Assembly (NCBI GenBank): GCA_964291215.2
Contig: OZ219791.1
Coordinates: forward strand, 352,001-416,000
DNA length: 64,000 nucleotides
From: Alphaproteobacteria bacterium
GTDB lineage: Bacteria; Pseudomonadota; Alphaproteobacteria; MPNO01; UBA830
Reading direction: 5' to 3'
A model generated the notes under the pieces. That model saw only the letters and a program-made list of their open reading frames with translations. It was not told the origin of the DNA and did no database searches. The position numbers and the translations under genes were made by a program. This document shows, piece after piece, positions 31,481-43,019 of the stretch; position 1 is the first letter of the stretch; every line of letters starts with the position of its first letter.

Positions 31481-32602
31481 CTAGATGTCGCCCCAGACTT
31501 CGGCCGCCGTCTCGACAACCAGCGACAGCTTGCGCTTCTGGTCGTCGTCGGTGATCACCTGGCCGCGTCCCGGCGCCGACGAAAATCCGCATTGCGGGCT
31601 GAGGCAAAGCCGTTCAAGCGGTACATACCGTGCCGCCGCATCGATCCGGCGCTTGAGATCGTCCTTCGATTCGAGAACCGGAGTCTTGGTCGAGACAAGC
31701 CCGAGCACGACGATGCGGTCTTCGGGCATGAAACGGAGCGGCTCGAAGCCGCCTGCGCGTCCCGTGTCGTATTCCATGAACCAGGCGTCGACTCCGGTCG
31801 CTCCGAACACCGTCTCGGCAATCGCCTCGTAGCCGCCCTCGGCCATCCAGGCCCCCTTGAGATTGCCCCGGCACATATGCACGGCAACACGCATGGTCGC
31901 GGAACGGCCGTCGACAATAGCGTTGATCAGTTCGACGTAACGGCCGGTCAGCGCCTCGGGATCCTCGCCACGCACTACCACATCGCTCCGGAAATTCTCA
32001 TCGCAGTGGCAGGGAAACGCAGTGTCGTCGAGCTGCAGATAGGTGCAGCCGGCTGCTTCCAATGCCGCGATCTCCTCGCGGTAGATGGCGGAGAGGTCCG
32101 AAAAATAGTCCTCGATATCGGGATAGGCCAAGTCGTCGACCGCCCGCGGCCCGAGGAAATAATGCATCACCGGCGGCGAAGGCATCGTGACCTTGGGCAC
32201 GGCGCCGGCCACGACATCGCGCAGGAAGACGAAATCGTCAGCGACGATGGGACGTGTGCGCTTCAGCTTTTCCTTCGCGTAAGGCGAGAGTTCGGCGCTG
32301 CTGCGGCCACCCTCCGCGTCACGAAACCCGATCGTGCCCTCGCGCAGCCCGAACCCGTCTACCGCGTCGATAAAGCCCGCGGACCACCCGCGGCGGCGGA
32401 ACTCTCCGTCGGTTGCCGCCCCGAGCCCGAGCGATTCCTGGAGCGCAACGATGTCACGGATCGCGGCATCCTGGGCCGCCCGCAGCTCCATCTCGCCGAT
32501 CCCGCCGGCACGGTGGGCACGAACCGCCGTCATCAACCGCTCGGGGCGGAGAAAACTGCCGACATGGTCGGCGCGGAAGGGAGGGCTTGATCGTTCCGTC
32601 AT
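31481..32602 (-). CDS. Cobalamin-independent methionine synthase II-like protein (YxjH/short MetE family)
   Basis: RADHVGSFLRP, TDGEFRR, HMCRGN and LSPQCGF Zn ligands. Confidence 0.9.
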   Translation of the reverse strand: MTERSSPPFRADHVGSFLRPERLMTAVRAHRAGGIGEMELRAAQDAAIRDIVALQESLGLGAATDGEFRRRGWSAGFIDAVDGFGLREGTIGFRDAEGGRSSAELSPYAKEKLKRTRPIVADDFVFLRDVVAGAVPKVTMPSPPVMHYFLGPRAVDDLAYPDIEDYFSDLSAIYREEIAALEAAGCTYLQLDDTAFPCHCDENFRSDVVVRGEDPEALTGRYVELINAIVDGRSATMRVAVHMCRGNLKGAWMAEGGYEAIAETVFGATGVDAWFMEYDTGRAGGFEPLRFMPEDRIVVLGLVSTKTPVLESKDDLKRRIDAAARYVPLERLCLSPQCGFSSAPGRGQVITDDDQKRKLSLVVETAAEVWGDI

Positions 32603-32823
32603 TTCGCCGCGATCTCGATTCCCGTGGACGCTGCCGTGGCGCTCGCAAGGCCGGATTTTCGCCGATCGCACGGCGGAATGGAACGGCCGCACGCCCCTTC
32701 CCGCGCCTGCCGCGGCGCGGCGGGGTTCACGACCCCGCCGCGACAAGGACCCCGGTTTTCGGTACAAACCAGCAGGCGGGCGTCCGCCCCCGGACCACGT
32801 CTCCAACAGGTACGGAAGCTTCA

Positions 32824-33933
32824 ATGTTCGATTTCTTCTTTCCACGCGAGCCATTCGGATCGCAGACGCTCCGCCTCGTCGCCGAGGCCGGCGAGGGCGG
32901 CGGAGACGTCTTCGAAATCGCCCGCGTCTGCCGCGACATCAAGGCTGGCGACAAGGACGGTTGGGAACAGGCCTGGATCGCCAAGGCGGCCGACACCCAG
33001 GACCGCGCAGAGGCCGCGCTTGCCGCCGCCAACCGGCGGACGGCGATGCGCTATTTCTTCGCTGCAAACCAGTACTGGCGCATGGCGGACATCTTTCTCA
33101 CCATCGAGCGCAATGACGACAAGGCCGCCTTCTTCGCCAGGTCCCAGGCATGCTTTCGCGAGGCCGCGAAGCTCCACGATCCGCCCATAGAAGTGATCAC
33201 GGTGACGTGCGGTGACGAGGAATATGACGGCTATTTCTGCCACCCGCGCAACCCGTCATCCGACCGGTGGCCAGCGATATTCTTCATCGGCGGGGCGGAT
33301 GCCTTTGCAGAAGAGATCTACTTCTCGGGCCGCGAACTCGTCGAACGCGGATACGCGCTGCTGCTGGTCGACACGCCGGGCCGCGGCTCGTCGATGTATC
33401 TCAAGAACATTCCGACGCGCGCCGACTACGAGGTTCCGGGCCGCGCCTGCTTCGACTGGCTGTTCGAGCGCCCCGAGATCGATCCCCAACGCGTCGGCCT
33501 CATGGGCATCTCGATGGGAGGTTACTACGCGCCGCGAGTCGCCGCCTTCGAGGACCGCATAAGAGCTCTGGTCTCATGGTGCGGCTGCTACTCGATGCTG
33601 GATGACCTGTACCTGTTCTACGAACATCTTCGGCCCACAGTCCAGCGGCTCCTCGGAGGCGTGTCGGACGGCGAGGCGCGCGAACGGCTCGCGGAATTCA
33701 CCATGAAGGGGCTGGCAGAGCGCATCACCATGCCGACCCTGATGACCCACGGCGCAGCCGACCGCCTCATGAATGTGGACGGCGCCCGGCGCCTGTTCGA
33801 CGAGATCGGAAGCGCGGACAAGGAACTCGTCATATTCGACGATGCCCGCACCGGCGGCGCAGTCCATTGCTCGCATGACTGCTGGGTGCATCACGGCCCG
33901 CTGATTTTCGACTGGATCGAGAAGCACGTCTGA
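32824..33933 (+). CDS. Alpha/beta hydrolase (FrsA / dihydroxypseudooxynicotine hydrolase-like)
   Basis: GGAD, DTPGRG, GISMGGYYAPR nucleophile elbow and a C-terminal His. Confidence 0.8.
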   Translation: MFDFFFPREPFGSQTLRLVAEAGEGGGDVFEIARVCRDIKAGDKDGWEQAWIAKAADTQDRAEAALAAANRRTAMRYFFAANQYWRMADIFLTIERNDDKAAFFARSQACFREAAKLHDPPIEVITVTCGDEEYDGYFCHPRNPSSDRWPAIFFIGGADAFAEEIYFSGRELVERGYALLLVDTPGRGSSMYLKNIPTRADYEVPGRACFDWLFERPEIDPQRVGLMGISMGGYYAPRVAAFEDRIRALVSWCGCYSMLDDLYLFYEHLRPTVQRLLGGVSDGEARERLAEFTMKGLAERITMPTLMTHGAADRLMNVDGARRLFDEIGSADKELVIFDDARTGGAVHCSHDCWVHHGPLIFDWIEKHV

Positions 33934-34010
33934 CGCGCCGTCTTCGGCAGCGGACGCCGGGATTATGGAGTAAGATCGGGAGATCCCGACTACAGGGCGG
34001 ATCCAGAACC

Positions 34011-34997
34011 ATGATCGTGGATTTTCAGCATCATTTCACGCCGCTCGAGTTCTTCCCGGAAGGATTCGGGGGTGAATCGAAAACCTTCTTCGACGGCAAC
34101 GGCGTGCCATCCTACAGCTTCCATTCCCTCCTGTTCGATCTCGATGCCCATATCCACATGATGGACATTGCCGGGATCGACATCGCGATTCTGTCCTGTG
34201 CCGAAGGCATGTGCGCCGGACTCGAAAAGAGCCGCCTGATCAACGATCGCACGCACGAGGCGGAGAGGAACTACCCCGGCCGCTTCGCCGGCTTCGCCCA
34301 TGCGCACCCGCTCGGCGGCGCCGAGGCGTTTGCCGAGCTCGCCCGCTGCCGACACGAACTCGGCTTCCGCGGCGTGGTCATCACCACCGAGTTCGACGGC
34401 ATCACGCTCGACGATCCGGCGCTCGACCCCTTCTGGGCAGAATGCCAGAAGCTCGGCCTGTTCGTCTTCATCCATCCGGCCCTGCGCCTGACGTGGCCGC
34501 AGCAGTTCGATGCCTATGACCTGGCCCGTTCGGTTGGCCGCGAGTTCTCGCTGATTCAGGCCGTGATCCGGCTGATCAATGGCGGCGTCCTCGACCGCTT
34601 CCCCGGACTCGTGGTCCATGTGGCCCATCTCGGCGGCGGCATCGCATCCGTCCTCGGTCGCGTGAGAAGCTATCAGGACAAGGGTTTCTGGGGCACCGGC
34701 GAGAGCCCGCGCCACGGGCAGCTGCCGGAACACGATTTCGATCACTATGTCAGCCAACGACTGATATTCGATACGGCGGGCTTCTGCGGCGACATGCGTT
34801 CGATCAGGGCATCGACCGTGGAGCTGCCGACGGACCGCATCGTCTTTGCGACCGACTATCCGCAGGAGATTCGCGAGCCCGAAGCAGTCAAGGCGTTCGT
34901 TGACGGCATGCGCGAACTCGGCGCCGACGGCGCGAAGATCCTGTCGGACAATACCGGGCTGCTGATCCCGAACGGGCCGCCCGCCGCGCGGCGATAG
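34011..34997 (+). CDS. Amidohydrolase_2 family protein (ACMSD/decarboxylase-like)
   Basis: DFQHH, FIHP, HLGG and FATDYP motifs. Confidence 0.82.
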   Translation: MIVDFQHHFTPLEFFPEGFGGESKTFFDGNGVPSYSFHSLLFDLDAHIHMMDIAGIDIAILSCAEGMCAGLEKSRLINDRTHEAERNYPGRFAGFAHAHPLGGAEAFAELARCRHELGFRGVVITTEFDGITLDDPALDPFWAECQKLGLFVFIHPALRLTWPQQFDAYDLARSVGREFSLIQAVIRLINGGVLDRFPGLVVHVAHLGGGIASVLGRVRSYQDKGFWGTGESPRHGQLPEHDFDHYVSQRLIFDTAGFCGDMRSIRASTVELPTDRIVFATDYPQEIREPEAVKAFVDGMRELGADGAKILSDNTGLLIPNGPPAARR

Positions 34998-35099
34998 GCC
35001 GGAGATCCCGGCCCGCACGGTCCGTGGTACGGGAAAACCCGCCGGTCCTCCGGCGCCCTGCGGTGGCCGGCACGAATAGCGGCCGGCCGGGCTGACCGG

Positions 35100-35708
35100 T
35101 CAAAACAGGACCAGCGCTCTGCCCGTGTTCATGACCCGGAACAGGTCGACCAGCTCCGCAACCGGAATCAGCAGCAGGAAGGCCGCGCAATCCCACAGGT
35201 TTCTCGCCACCGCCTGAATTTCGGTTCTCGAGCCCGCTGCCGGGCTGAAATGCCCGATCTTCGCGGGAATGAAACCGGAGGTCGTCATCCTGTATTGATC
35301 GTAGGCTTCCCCGAATTTCTCGGAAAGAAAAGCCTCTTCCTTTTTCATCATGTAGGAAAAGATGAGATAGACCGCCGAGGTCAGCACCACCGCGTACAGC
35401 AGGCTCTGAAGCATCAACCCGAAACCGAGCGCGGCCATCGTCGAGAACAGATAGAGCGGGTGACGGGACAACGAGTACGGACCGGTCCGAACAAGAACAC
35501 TGTTCTTGCGCGCGCCGATATGCAGGGTTGCCCAGGACCGTCCCAGCACGCAAGCAACGATCAGCGCAATTCCGATGCCATGGAGGACGCTGCCGAATGG
35601 CGTCCCGCCGTGATAGGGCGAAATGAACAGGGCTGCGGCCAGCAGACACAGACAGACGGCACGCAAGAGATGGATTCGTTTTCTCTGACCGACCGAGGAA
35701 CGATTCAT
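35100..35708 (-). CDS. Isoprenylcysteine carboxyl/phospholipid methyltransferase family membrane protein
   Basis: LVRTGPYSLSRHPLY and EEAFL..KFG..Y..Y motifs. Confidence 0.85.
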   Translation of the reverse strand: MNRSSVGQRKRIHLLRAVCLCLLAAALFISPYHGGTPFGSVLHGIGIALIVACVLGRSWATLHIGARKNSVLVRTGPYSLSRHPLYLFSTMAALGFGLMLQSLLYAVVLTSAVYLIFSYMMKKEEAFLSEKFGEAYDQYRMTTSGFIPAKIGHFSPAAGSRTEIQAVARNLWDCAAFLLLIPVAELVDLFRVMNTGRALVLF

Positions 35709-36302
35709 GACCGATTGTCTCCGGGACACCGGCGGCCACGACACCGGCCAGCGCGGGGAAGCTAGTCGACAGCGCCGTTTTCTGTCAAGGAGCGCCGCTC
35801 CGGGGTCACGGTGATCCTAATTCGGAGACGCGAAATCCGGATGCGTTGGGGCTCGCGTCATCACAGATCGCCTCCTTGATCGCAATTTTCGTGCCGCCAA
35901 GGCTCAATCGAGCCTTGGCGGCACGATTGCAGCGCGACGCAAACTGTAAAAATCTCGCCAGTCGCCGCCGGATTAGCAGCGTGGGATCATCGTGCTCCGG
36001 GGTGCCGGTGAATGAAGCGGCGAGACGGGCGTGAACATCAATCGGCGGCCGAACGTCTCCAACGGGCCAAGCCATGCATTCGCGTCGGAACGCACAGGCG
36101 GAAACCGGCGAACCGGGTGGCAGGAGTTTGGCCCGGCGGATAGCGGACAACCGCGACAGGATGCACGAGCCCGGCCGACAGGGCCAAAACGGATTTTATC
36201 ACGCTCAGACGCCCGCAAGTACCCCTTCGTGACGCCAAACCGGTTGGGATTCGCACCGCGCCGCTCTATAGTCCGGGCTCGTCACCGCAACGAGGCCGCA
36301 GC

Positions 36303-37766
36303 ATGGAAATCCGCGACGCCCTGACCTTCGATGACGTGCTTCTGGTCCCCGCCGCGTCCGAGACCCTTCCCGGTCAGGCCGATACGTCGACGCTGCTGAC
36401 GCCGGGCATCCGACTCGGCATACCGTTGATCTCGGCGGCAATGGATACGGTAACCGAATCGCAGATGGCGATCACCATGGCGCAGGCTGGCGGAATTGGC
36501 GTCATACACAAGAATCTCGACATCGCCGCCCAGGCTGACGAGGTTCGCGTGGTCAAGAAATTCGAGTCGGGAATGGTGATCAACCCGGTCACGATCGGCC
36601 CCGACGAAACGCTCGCACGCGCCCTCGAGCTGATGAAGGGCCACCAGATATCCGGAATCCCGGTGGTCGAGAGTAGATCCGGAAGGCTTGTCGGCATCCT
36701 GACCAATCGCGACGTCCGTTTTGCGGACAACCCCCGGCAATCGGTCAAGGAACTCATGACCCATGACGACCTGGTCACTGTCCAGGAAGGCGTGGACATG
36801 ACCGAAGCGCGGCGCCTGCTGCACAAGCACCGCATCGAGAAGCTCCTGGTTGTTGATGACGCCTATCGTTGCATCGGGCTGATCACGGTCAAGGATATCG
36901 AGAAGGCCGAAGGCCATCCCGACGCGACCAAGGACGAAAAGGGACGCCTGTGCGTCGCCGCGGCCACCGGTGCCGGAACCGACGGCCTGGAGCGCGTCGA
37001 AGCTCTTGTGGACGCCGAAGCCGACGCGGTGGTCGTCGACACCGCGCACGGCCACGCGCAAGGCGTTCTCGAGACCGTCGTGGGCATCAAGCGCCTTTCG
37101 AACAGCGTTCAGGTGATTGCCGGCAATGTCGCCACGCCGGAGGGCGCCAGGGCGCTCATCGATGCCGGCGCCGACAGCATCAAGATCGGAATCGGACCCG
37201 GGTCCATCTGCACGACGCGTGCGGTTACCGGCGTCGGCGTGCCGCAGTTTTCCGCGATCCTGGAGTGCGCTGACGTGTGCCGCAAGGAAGGCATTCCGTG
37301 CATCGCCGACGGCGGTGTGCGGCTCTCCGGAGACCTCGCGAAAGCGCTTGCCGCGGGCGCCGACAGCGCCATGATTGGCTCGATACTCGCCGGGACCGAT
37401 GAGAGTCCCGGCGATGTGTTCCTCTATCAGGGACGATCATACAAGACCTATCGCGGCATGGGCTCGCTCGGCGCCATGGCGCAGGGCTCGGCCGATCGCT
37501 ATTTCCAGCAGGAAGTGAGCGAAACCTTGAAACTTGTGCCCGAAGGAATCGAGGCGCGGGTCCCTTACAAGGGACCGGTGGAGGCGGTGATCCATCAACT
37601 CGTCGGAGGACTCAGGGCGGCCATGGGCTATACCGGAAACGCCTCCATCGCCGACATGCGGAGCAACTGCAGGTTCCGGAGAACAACTTCTGCCGGTTTT
37701 CGGGAAAGTCACGTGCACGACGTCTCGATCATGCGCGAAGCCCCCAACTACCGGCCACCGGAATGA
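36303..37766 (+). CDS. guaB: IMP dehydrogenase
   Basis: [19 protein letters not shown] pair, [10 protein letters not shown] and YRGMGS motifs. Confidence 0.98.
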   Translation: MEIRDALTFDDVLLVPAASETLPGQADTSTLLTPGIRLGIPLISAAMDTVTESQMAITMAQAGGIGVIHKNLDIAAQADEVRVVKKFESGMVINPVTIGPDETLARALELMKGHQISGIPVVESRSGRLVGILTNRDVRFADNPRQSVKELMTHDDLVTVQEGVDMTEARRLLHKHRIEKLLVVDDAYRCIGLITVKDIEKAEGHPDATKDEKGRLCVAAATGAGTDGLERVEALVDAEADAVVVDTAHGHAQGVLETVVGIKRLSNSVQVIAGNVATPEGARALIDAGADSIKIGIGPGSICTTRAVTGVGVPQFSAILECADVCRKEGIPCIADGGVRLSGDLAKALAAGADSAMIGSILAGTDESPGDVFLYQGRSYKTYRGMGSLGAMAQGSADRYFQQEVSETLKLVPEGIEARVPYKGPVEAVIHQLVGGLRAAMGYTGNASIADMRSNCRFRRTTSAGFRESHVHDVSIMREAPNYRPPE

Positions 37767-37869
37767 CGACTGCGAATCCCGCCGGAGGCCGGCGGATAGA
37801 CCGGACAGGCGCGGCCGGACGGTTTCTTCGGCCTGTTTGTCCGTCGCAGTACGGCATGGACGGGCGGCC

Positions 37870-39420
37870 ATGACGGATCGCGTTCTGATCGTCGACTTTG
37901 GATCGCAGGTAACGCAGCTGATCGCCCGGCGGGTGCGCGAGAGCGGAGTTTACAGCGAGATACAGCCGTTCAACCGGGTCACCGCCAGCAGCATCGCCGC
38001 ATTTGCGCCGCGGGCGCTGATCCTCTCGGGCGGGCCGGCCTCGATTCTCGACGATAACTCTCCGCGCGTTCCGGGCGCCGTTTTCGAGGCCGGCATCCCC
38101 GTCCTCGGGATCTGCTACGGCCAGCAGGTGATGGTTTCCCAGCTCGGAGGCACCGTGGCCCGGTCCGACACCAGGGAGTTCGGCCGCGCCGCGCTCAGTA
38201 TCGTCGACGACTGCGCGCTGTTCGGAGGTGCCTGGACGGTCGGGGCCGAGGAACAGGTATGGATGAGCCACGGCGACCATGTCGAGCTACTGCCGCCGGG
38301 TTTCCGCGCGGTAGCCACGAGCGAGGGTGCGCCCTACGCCGCAATCGCCGACGACGAGCGGCACTTCTACGGCGTGCAGTTTCATCCCGAAGTCGTCCAC
38401 ACCCCGCGCGGCGCCGAGATTCTGCGCAATTTCACGCACCGTGCAGCCGGGTGCAGCGGCGACTGGACCATGGAGGCGTTCAGGGACCGGGCGATCGCGG
38501 ATATTCGCGCCAAGGTCGGCTCCGGCCGGGTGCTGTGCGGACTGTCCGGCGGTGTCGATTCCTCCGTTGTCGCAGCACTGCTGCACGAAGCCGTCCGCGA
38601 ACGCCTTGTGTGCGTCTTCATCGACACCGGCATGATGCGCGCGGGCGAGCCGGAAGAGGTGGCGGGCCTGTTCCGGGGTCACTACAACATTCCACTCGTT
38701 CACCGCGACGCCTCGGCTGTGTTCCTCGACAGGCTCGCCGGCGTGACCGATCCGGAAGACAAGCGGAAGATCATCGGCGAAACCTTCATCGACGTGTTCG
38801 AAACGGAGGCCCGGGCGGCGGGCGGGGCGGAATTCCTGGCCCAGGGCACGCTCTATCCCGACGTCATAGAATCGGTCTCGGCGCTCGGCGGACCCAGCGT
38901 CACGATCAAGTCGCATCACAATGTCGGGGGATTGCCCGAGCGCATGAACATGGCGCTGGTGGAACCGTTGCGCGAACTGTTCAAGGACGAGGTGCGGGAG
39001 CTCGGACGGGTGCTCGGCCTGTCCGAACGCCTTGTCGGCCGCCATCCGTTTCCGGGGCCCGGCCTAGCGATCCGCATCCCCGGGGAGATCACCGAGGCCA
39101 GGCTCGATGTCCTGCGCTGCGCCGACGCGATCTATCTCGAGGAGATCCGGAAGGCCGGCCTGTATGACGAGATCTGGCAGGCGTTTGCCGTGCTTTTGCC
39201 GGTTCGGACGGTCGGCGTCATGGGCGACGCCCGGAGCTACGAGGATGTGTGCGCGCTCCGCGCCGTGACCTCGACCGACGGGATGACGGCTGATTTCTTT
39301 CCCTACGACATGGCGTTCCTGGGACGGGTGGCGAACCGCATTGTCAACGAGGTGCGTGGCATCAATCGGGTCGTCTACGACGTGACCTCGAAACCTCCGG
39401 CAACGATCGAGTGGGAGTGA
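37870..39420 (+). CDS. guaA: GMP synthase
   Basis: [30 protein letters not shown] and KPPATIEWE motifs. Confidence 0.98.
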   Translation: MTDRVLIVDFGSQVTQLIARRVRESGVYSEIQPFNRVTASSIAAFAPRALILSGGPASILDDNSPRVPGAVFEAGIPVLGICYGQQVMVSQLGGTVARSDTREFGRAALSIVDDCALFGGAWTVGAEEQVWMSHGDHVELLPPGFRAVATSEGAPYAAIADDERHFYGVQFHPEVVHTPRGAEILRNFTHRAAGCSGDWTMEAFRDRAIADIRAKVGSGRVLCGLSGGVDSSVVAALLHEAVRERLVCVFIDTGMMRAGEPEEVAGLFRGHYNIPLVHRDASAVFLDRLAGVTDPEDKRKIIGETFIDVFETEARAAGGAEFLAQGTLYPDVIESVSALGGPSVTIKSHHNVGGLPERMNMALVEPLRELFKDEVRELGRVLGLSERLVGRHPFPGPGLAIRIPGEITEARLDVLRCADAIYLEEIRKAGLYDEIWQAFAVLLPVRTVGVMGDARSYEDVCALRAVTSTDGMTADFFPYDMAFLGRVANRIVNEVRGINRVVYDVTSKPPATIEWE

Positions 39421-39463
39421 TTCCACATCTGGCACTGGCAGGCACCGCCAAGCAAGCTTTTTC

Positions 39464-39880
39464 GTAACTGCCCAGCTCTGATTTCGGCGAGCGCTCACAG
39501 GCGGTGGATTGATGGTTCCGGTGTGGTGGCGTCGAGGAGGGATTTCACAAGCGCGGTTTCGGGATCAGCTAGATGGGGTCGGGGTGGGCCAGGGTTTCGA
39601 GGACATTCCGGTCCTGTTTTCGGGCGGTGGTGATGACGGATCGCAGGTTGGCGAAGCGCCTTGCATGGAGCGAAAGCCGCCCGAGATCTTCTGTCGCAAC
39701 TTGCCCATCCAGAGATCGCGCTCGGCCTCGTTGTCGGAGAACGGGGGTCGGTGAGGAAGCGCAGGCACCCGTCCTTGTGCTTGCCGAGCGGGAGCGCGAG
39801 GTTGTGACCGATGCGGCGTTTTTGTCGTCCGCGCCTTGCGGGCTGGAGCGGCGGCCTGTCTTCGTGGGAAGCGATGGCAC
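39464..39880 (-). pseudogene. 3' remnant of a second IS66-family transposase with its right end
   Basis: GTAAC terminus at 39464; fragments NEAERDL...KLRQKISGGFRS and RSVITTARKQ. Confidence 0.75.
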
Positions 39881-39890
39881 GCTCGAGAAT

Positions 39891-42092
39891 CCTGTCCCAA
39901 GCCCTGCCCTGTAGTCACAAATCGTGCTGAACATGACATTCTGGATGGTGCATACTCTCCTGCATGGAAGCGCACATCCCGATCAAACGCGTCCTCGAGG
40001 ACCAGCTCGATCGCCTGCAGTCGATCGTGACCGAGAGCGGCGATGGTAGTCGCAACCGCCTGGCGCGGGAAGTATGCCGGCACTTCGGCCTACGGGACGC
40101 GCGGGGACGGGTATCCAGCTGTGTCGTGGCCCTGGAGCAGCTTGCATCGCAGGGCAGGATCGAGGGCTTGCCGGCGGCCTCCGTTCGGCGGCGCCGGGTA
40201 CCCGCCTCGCCGGCTCGGCGAGGCGGTGGAGAAGCCGCGTGATGTGCCGCCGACCGTGGCGGCGATCCGGGATTTGCCGGATCCTGCTGGTGCGCACGGA
40301 TTCCGAACGGGCGCGCTGGAACGAACTGATGGCGCGGGAGCACTTTCTCGGGCGCCCCCACCCTGATCAGCTGCGCTATCTGGTGGATTCCGCTCACGGC
40401 GGTTTCGGCTTCGCGGCGGCGGCGCTAAAGGTGGCGGATCGGAATGCCTGGATCGGATGCCGACCGGCGTCGTGCGAAACGGCACCGGGTGTTGTCGATG
40501 AGCCGGTTTCTGATCCGGGTGCCGGTTGCGAACCTTGCATCGAAGACGCTGTCTATGTGCCTGTCTCGCCTGCGCGCCGATGTTTCGCAGCGCTACGGGT
40601 TCCTGCCCTGGCTGGTCGAGACCTGTGTCGACCCGACGGTGCGAGTCTGCGGGCGGCAACTCGTGGGGTTCACTCGGGGCCGCGAGGACCGCGCACGCGA
40701 GATGGCCGAGAGCGTCAAGGTGGTGTACATGTACGTTCTGGACCGGAACTGGCGACGGAAGCTGGGGGTGGCGGAGCCGGCGCTGTCCCCGGGCGAGGGC
40801 CTGGACGCCTCGACATGGGCGCATCATGAATTCGGGGAAGCGGCGACCGGCGTCTGAGCGCGCGCTTGGTGGAGATTGCACGAAGACAGGGAGGAAGCCC
40901 GATGTCGTCCTGCAGCGGGCGCCCGGCCTGCCGGTGTCCGGGGCTATTATCGGTTCCTGGATCAACCGGAGACATCGGCGGTAACTCCGGCGAACATCAT
41001 GGCGCCGCATCGTCAGCCTACGGTGCAGCGGATGCGCCGGTGGCGTTGTGCCTTCAGGACGGGACGGACCTGAATTTCGCGACCCGTCTGCAACGGGCTC
41101 GGCATCATCGGCACGAACCAGACGACCGCGGAAACCCCGGGCCTTCACCTGCACGCCAGCTATGTCGTCAGCGGCGAAGGCCTGCCGCTGGCGCATCTCG
41201 CCTTCGACGCTCCTCCCCGCCCCCGGACGAAGACCGGGTCGTCCGAGGATGTCGAGAGGTCCCGGCGCATGTCGCAGCGCTGGCTCGACGACCTCGCGGC
41301 CCGGACGACCGGGGTGAAGATCGTGTGCGTGCGGGAAGCGGATTTCTTCGAACTGTTCGACCGGCAGCATCGCCGTCTGTCGATGCTGGTGCGGGCCCGA
41401 CACGACCGGGTCCTGAACCGCGGAGCCCCGGGGCTGTTTGCCCGGCTGCGCGCCTGCCGGGGCACCCTGCAGATCGACATTCCCCGCCTGACGTCCCGGC
41501 CGAAGTCCTCGGGGCGGAAGAAGCAGCCCGGCCGCACGCTGCGCCGGAACGCGGTACTCGAATTGCGCTGGTCACGCTGCCGGCGACTGCCAACTACCCC
41601 GATGCCGCGCCCGTGACCGCGCTGCATCTCCTCGAGACGGACCCGCCGACCGGGGAGTTCCCGGTGGAATGGTTCCTGCTGACCGACCTTCCGGTGGACC
41701 ACGCGGCGCGGGAGACCGTCGGCTGGTATGCGCTGCGCTGGCGGATGCTGGTTCCGGGTGCTGAAGTCCGGTTGCCGGGCGGAACACCTGGCGACGCGCA
41801 AGGCCTGCCGGCTGGAACGGCAGATCACGATCCACGCCGTGATCGCCTGGCGTCTTTTCGGGCGGGACGTTCCGACGATCGAGCCCGACTGCCTGTTCTC
41901 GGACTTGGAACTCCGCTTCCTCTCCGACTATGCCCGCCGATACCGGCTGGACCCACACTCGGGGCGGCGGTGACACTGGTGGCGATCCTCGGCGGATATC
42001 TGAACCGCAAGCATGATCCGCTACCGGGCGACCAGACGATGTGGCTATCCGCGACTGGCCACCGCCACGCTGGCCTATGAATGCCTGCTTGA
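39891..42092 (+). mobile_element. IS4 (Tn5/IS50-like) transposase pseudogene with N-terminal DUF4338
   Basis: Fragments EHFLG...QLRYLV, SRFLIR...NLAS, LVETCVD (DUF4338), then YRFLD, QDGTDLNF, READF, EWFLLT, Y..RW, LKSGC and LGGYLNRKHD; many frameshifts. Confidence 0.8.
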
Positions 42093-42238
42093 GGCTCTCG
42101 GCCTGGATCCGACATCGGAAGGATACAATCAAGCTCTGCGCAATTTATGACCAAAGGGCGGGACTGGCCTGGCGTATGGATTTCAGACTGACTCCAAAAA
42201 GTGCTCCAGTTTTGGAAGAGGACATTCGAGAACAATGA
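42093..42238 (+). pseudogene. 3' remnant of an unknown gene truncated by the IS4 element
   Basis: Lower-GC open frame ...WIRHRKDTIKLCAIYDQRAGLAWRMDF... whose stop overlaps the next ATG (ATGA). Confidence 0.5.
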
Positions 42239-43011
42239 AAACAGACTTGATCGAAAGGTATGCGCCGATTCTCTGTGGGTCGACACCCCCAGTTGTGCGC
42301 GACCCGCAGCTACTGATGGATGCAAGCGGCGATGTGAAGATCTACTATGCACCTTTCGAGTACATCAATCCGAGTGCGCGAATCGTTCTGGTAGGAATCA
42401 CACCGGGCCCCACTCAGATGGTCAATGCAAATAACGAGGCACGGCGCATGCTTAATACTGGCAAGTCGAGTCTGGAAGCAATCCAGGCCGCTAAAAGTGT
42501 CGGAGCTTTTAGTGGTGAGCCGCTGCGTAGCAATCTGATCAATCAGCTGAACCATTGGGGGTTTCACAAGTGGCTCGACCTGAGCGATGCGGCCGATCTG
42601 TTCTCCACCTCGCGCCATTTGGTGCAGACCACATCCCTCCTGCGATATCCGGTGTTCGTCAAAGACAAGGATTATCGGGGCACCCCGGATATGACCAAGC
42701 ATCCATTGCTGAGAAAGTACCTGTTGGAGAACTTTGTGGCAGAGGTCGAGGAACTAACGGATGCCGTATTCGTTGGGCTAGGACCTCAGGTCCAGAAGAT
42801 ACTGGACCGTCTGATTCAGGAGCGGGTCCTGAAACATGACCGGGTGATTGGTGGACTGCTACATCCGTCTGGCAACTGCACTTTCCGGATCAACTACCTC
42901 ATAGGCGACAGAACTGCACCGGTTCCTCATGCCACTAATCCAGTTCCTTACGATCAGGGCCGACGTGAGTTTCAGGAACGATTCCTGAAAAGCCGATATG
43001 AAATTACATAG
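42235..43011 (+). CDS. Uracil-DNA glycosylase superfamily-like protein
   Basis: ARIVLVGITPG (motif A-like), FVGLG and LLHPSG (motif B-like); visibly lower GC than the core. Confidence 0.7.
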   Translation: MKTDLIERYAPILCGSTPPVVRDPQLLMDASGDVKIYYAPFEYINPSARIVLVGITPGPTQMVNANNEARRMLNTGKSSLEAIQAAKSVGAFSGEPLRSNLINQLNHWGFHKWLDLSDAADLFSTSRHLVQTTSLLRYPVFVKDKDYRGTPDMTKHPLLRKYLLENFVAEVEELTDAVFVGLGPQVQKILDRLIQERVLKHDRVIGGLLHPSGNCTFRINYLIGDRTAPVPHATNPVPYDQGRREFQERFLKSRYEIT

Positions 43012-43019
43012 TTAGTGCC

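Noticed and set aside
35750-36300. 550-bp spacer before guaB as a riboswitch or sRNA
   Set aside because: No recognisable riboswitch consensus or supported structure by eye.
39400-39470. Integrase or att site at the guaA 3' end
   Set aside because: No tyrosine or serine recombinase ORF and no duplicated guaA tail seen in the window.
4544-42092. Complete Druantia defence system
   Set aside because: Only DUF4338 domains attached to transposases; no DruE helicase or other Dru genes.
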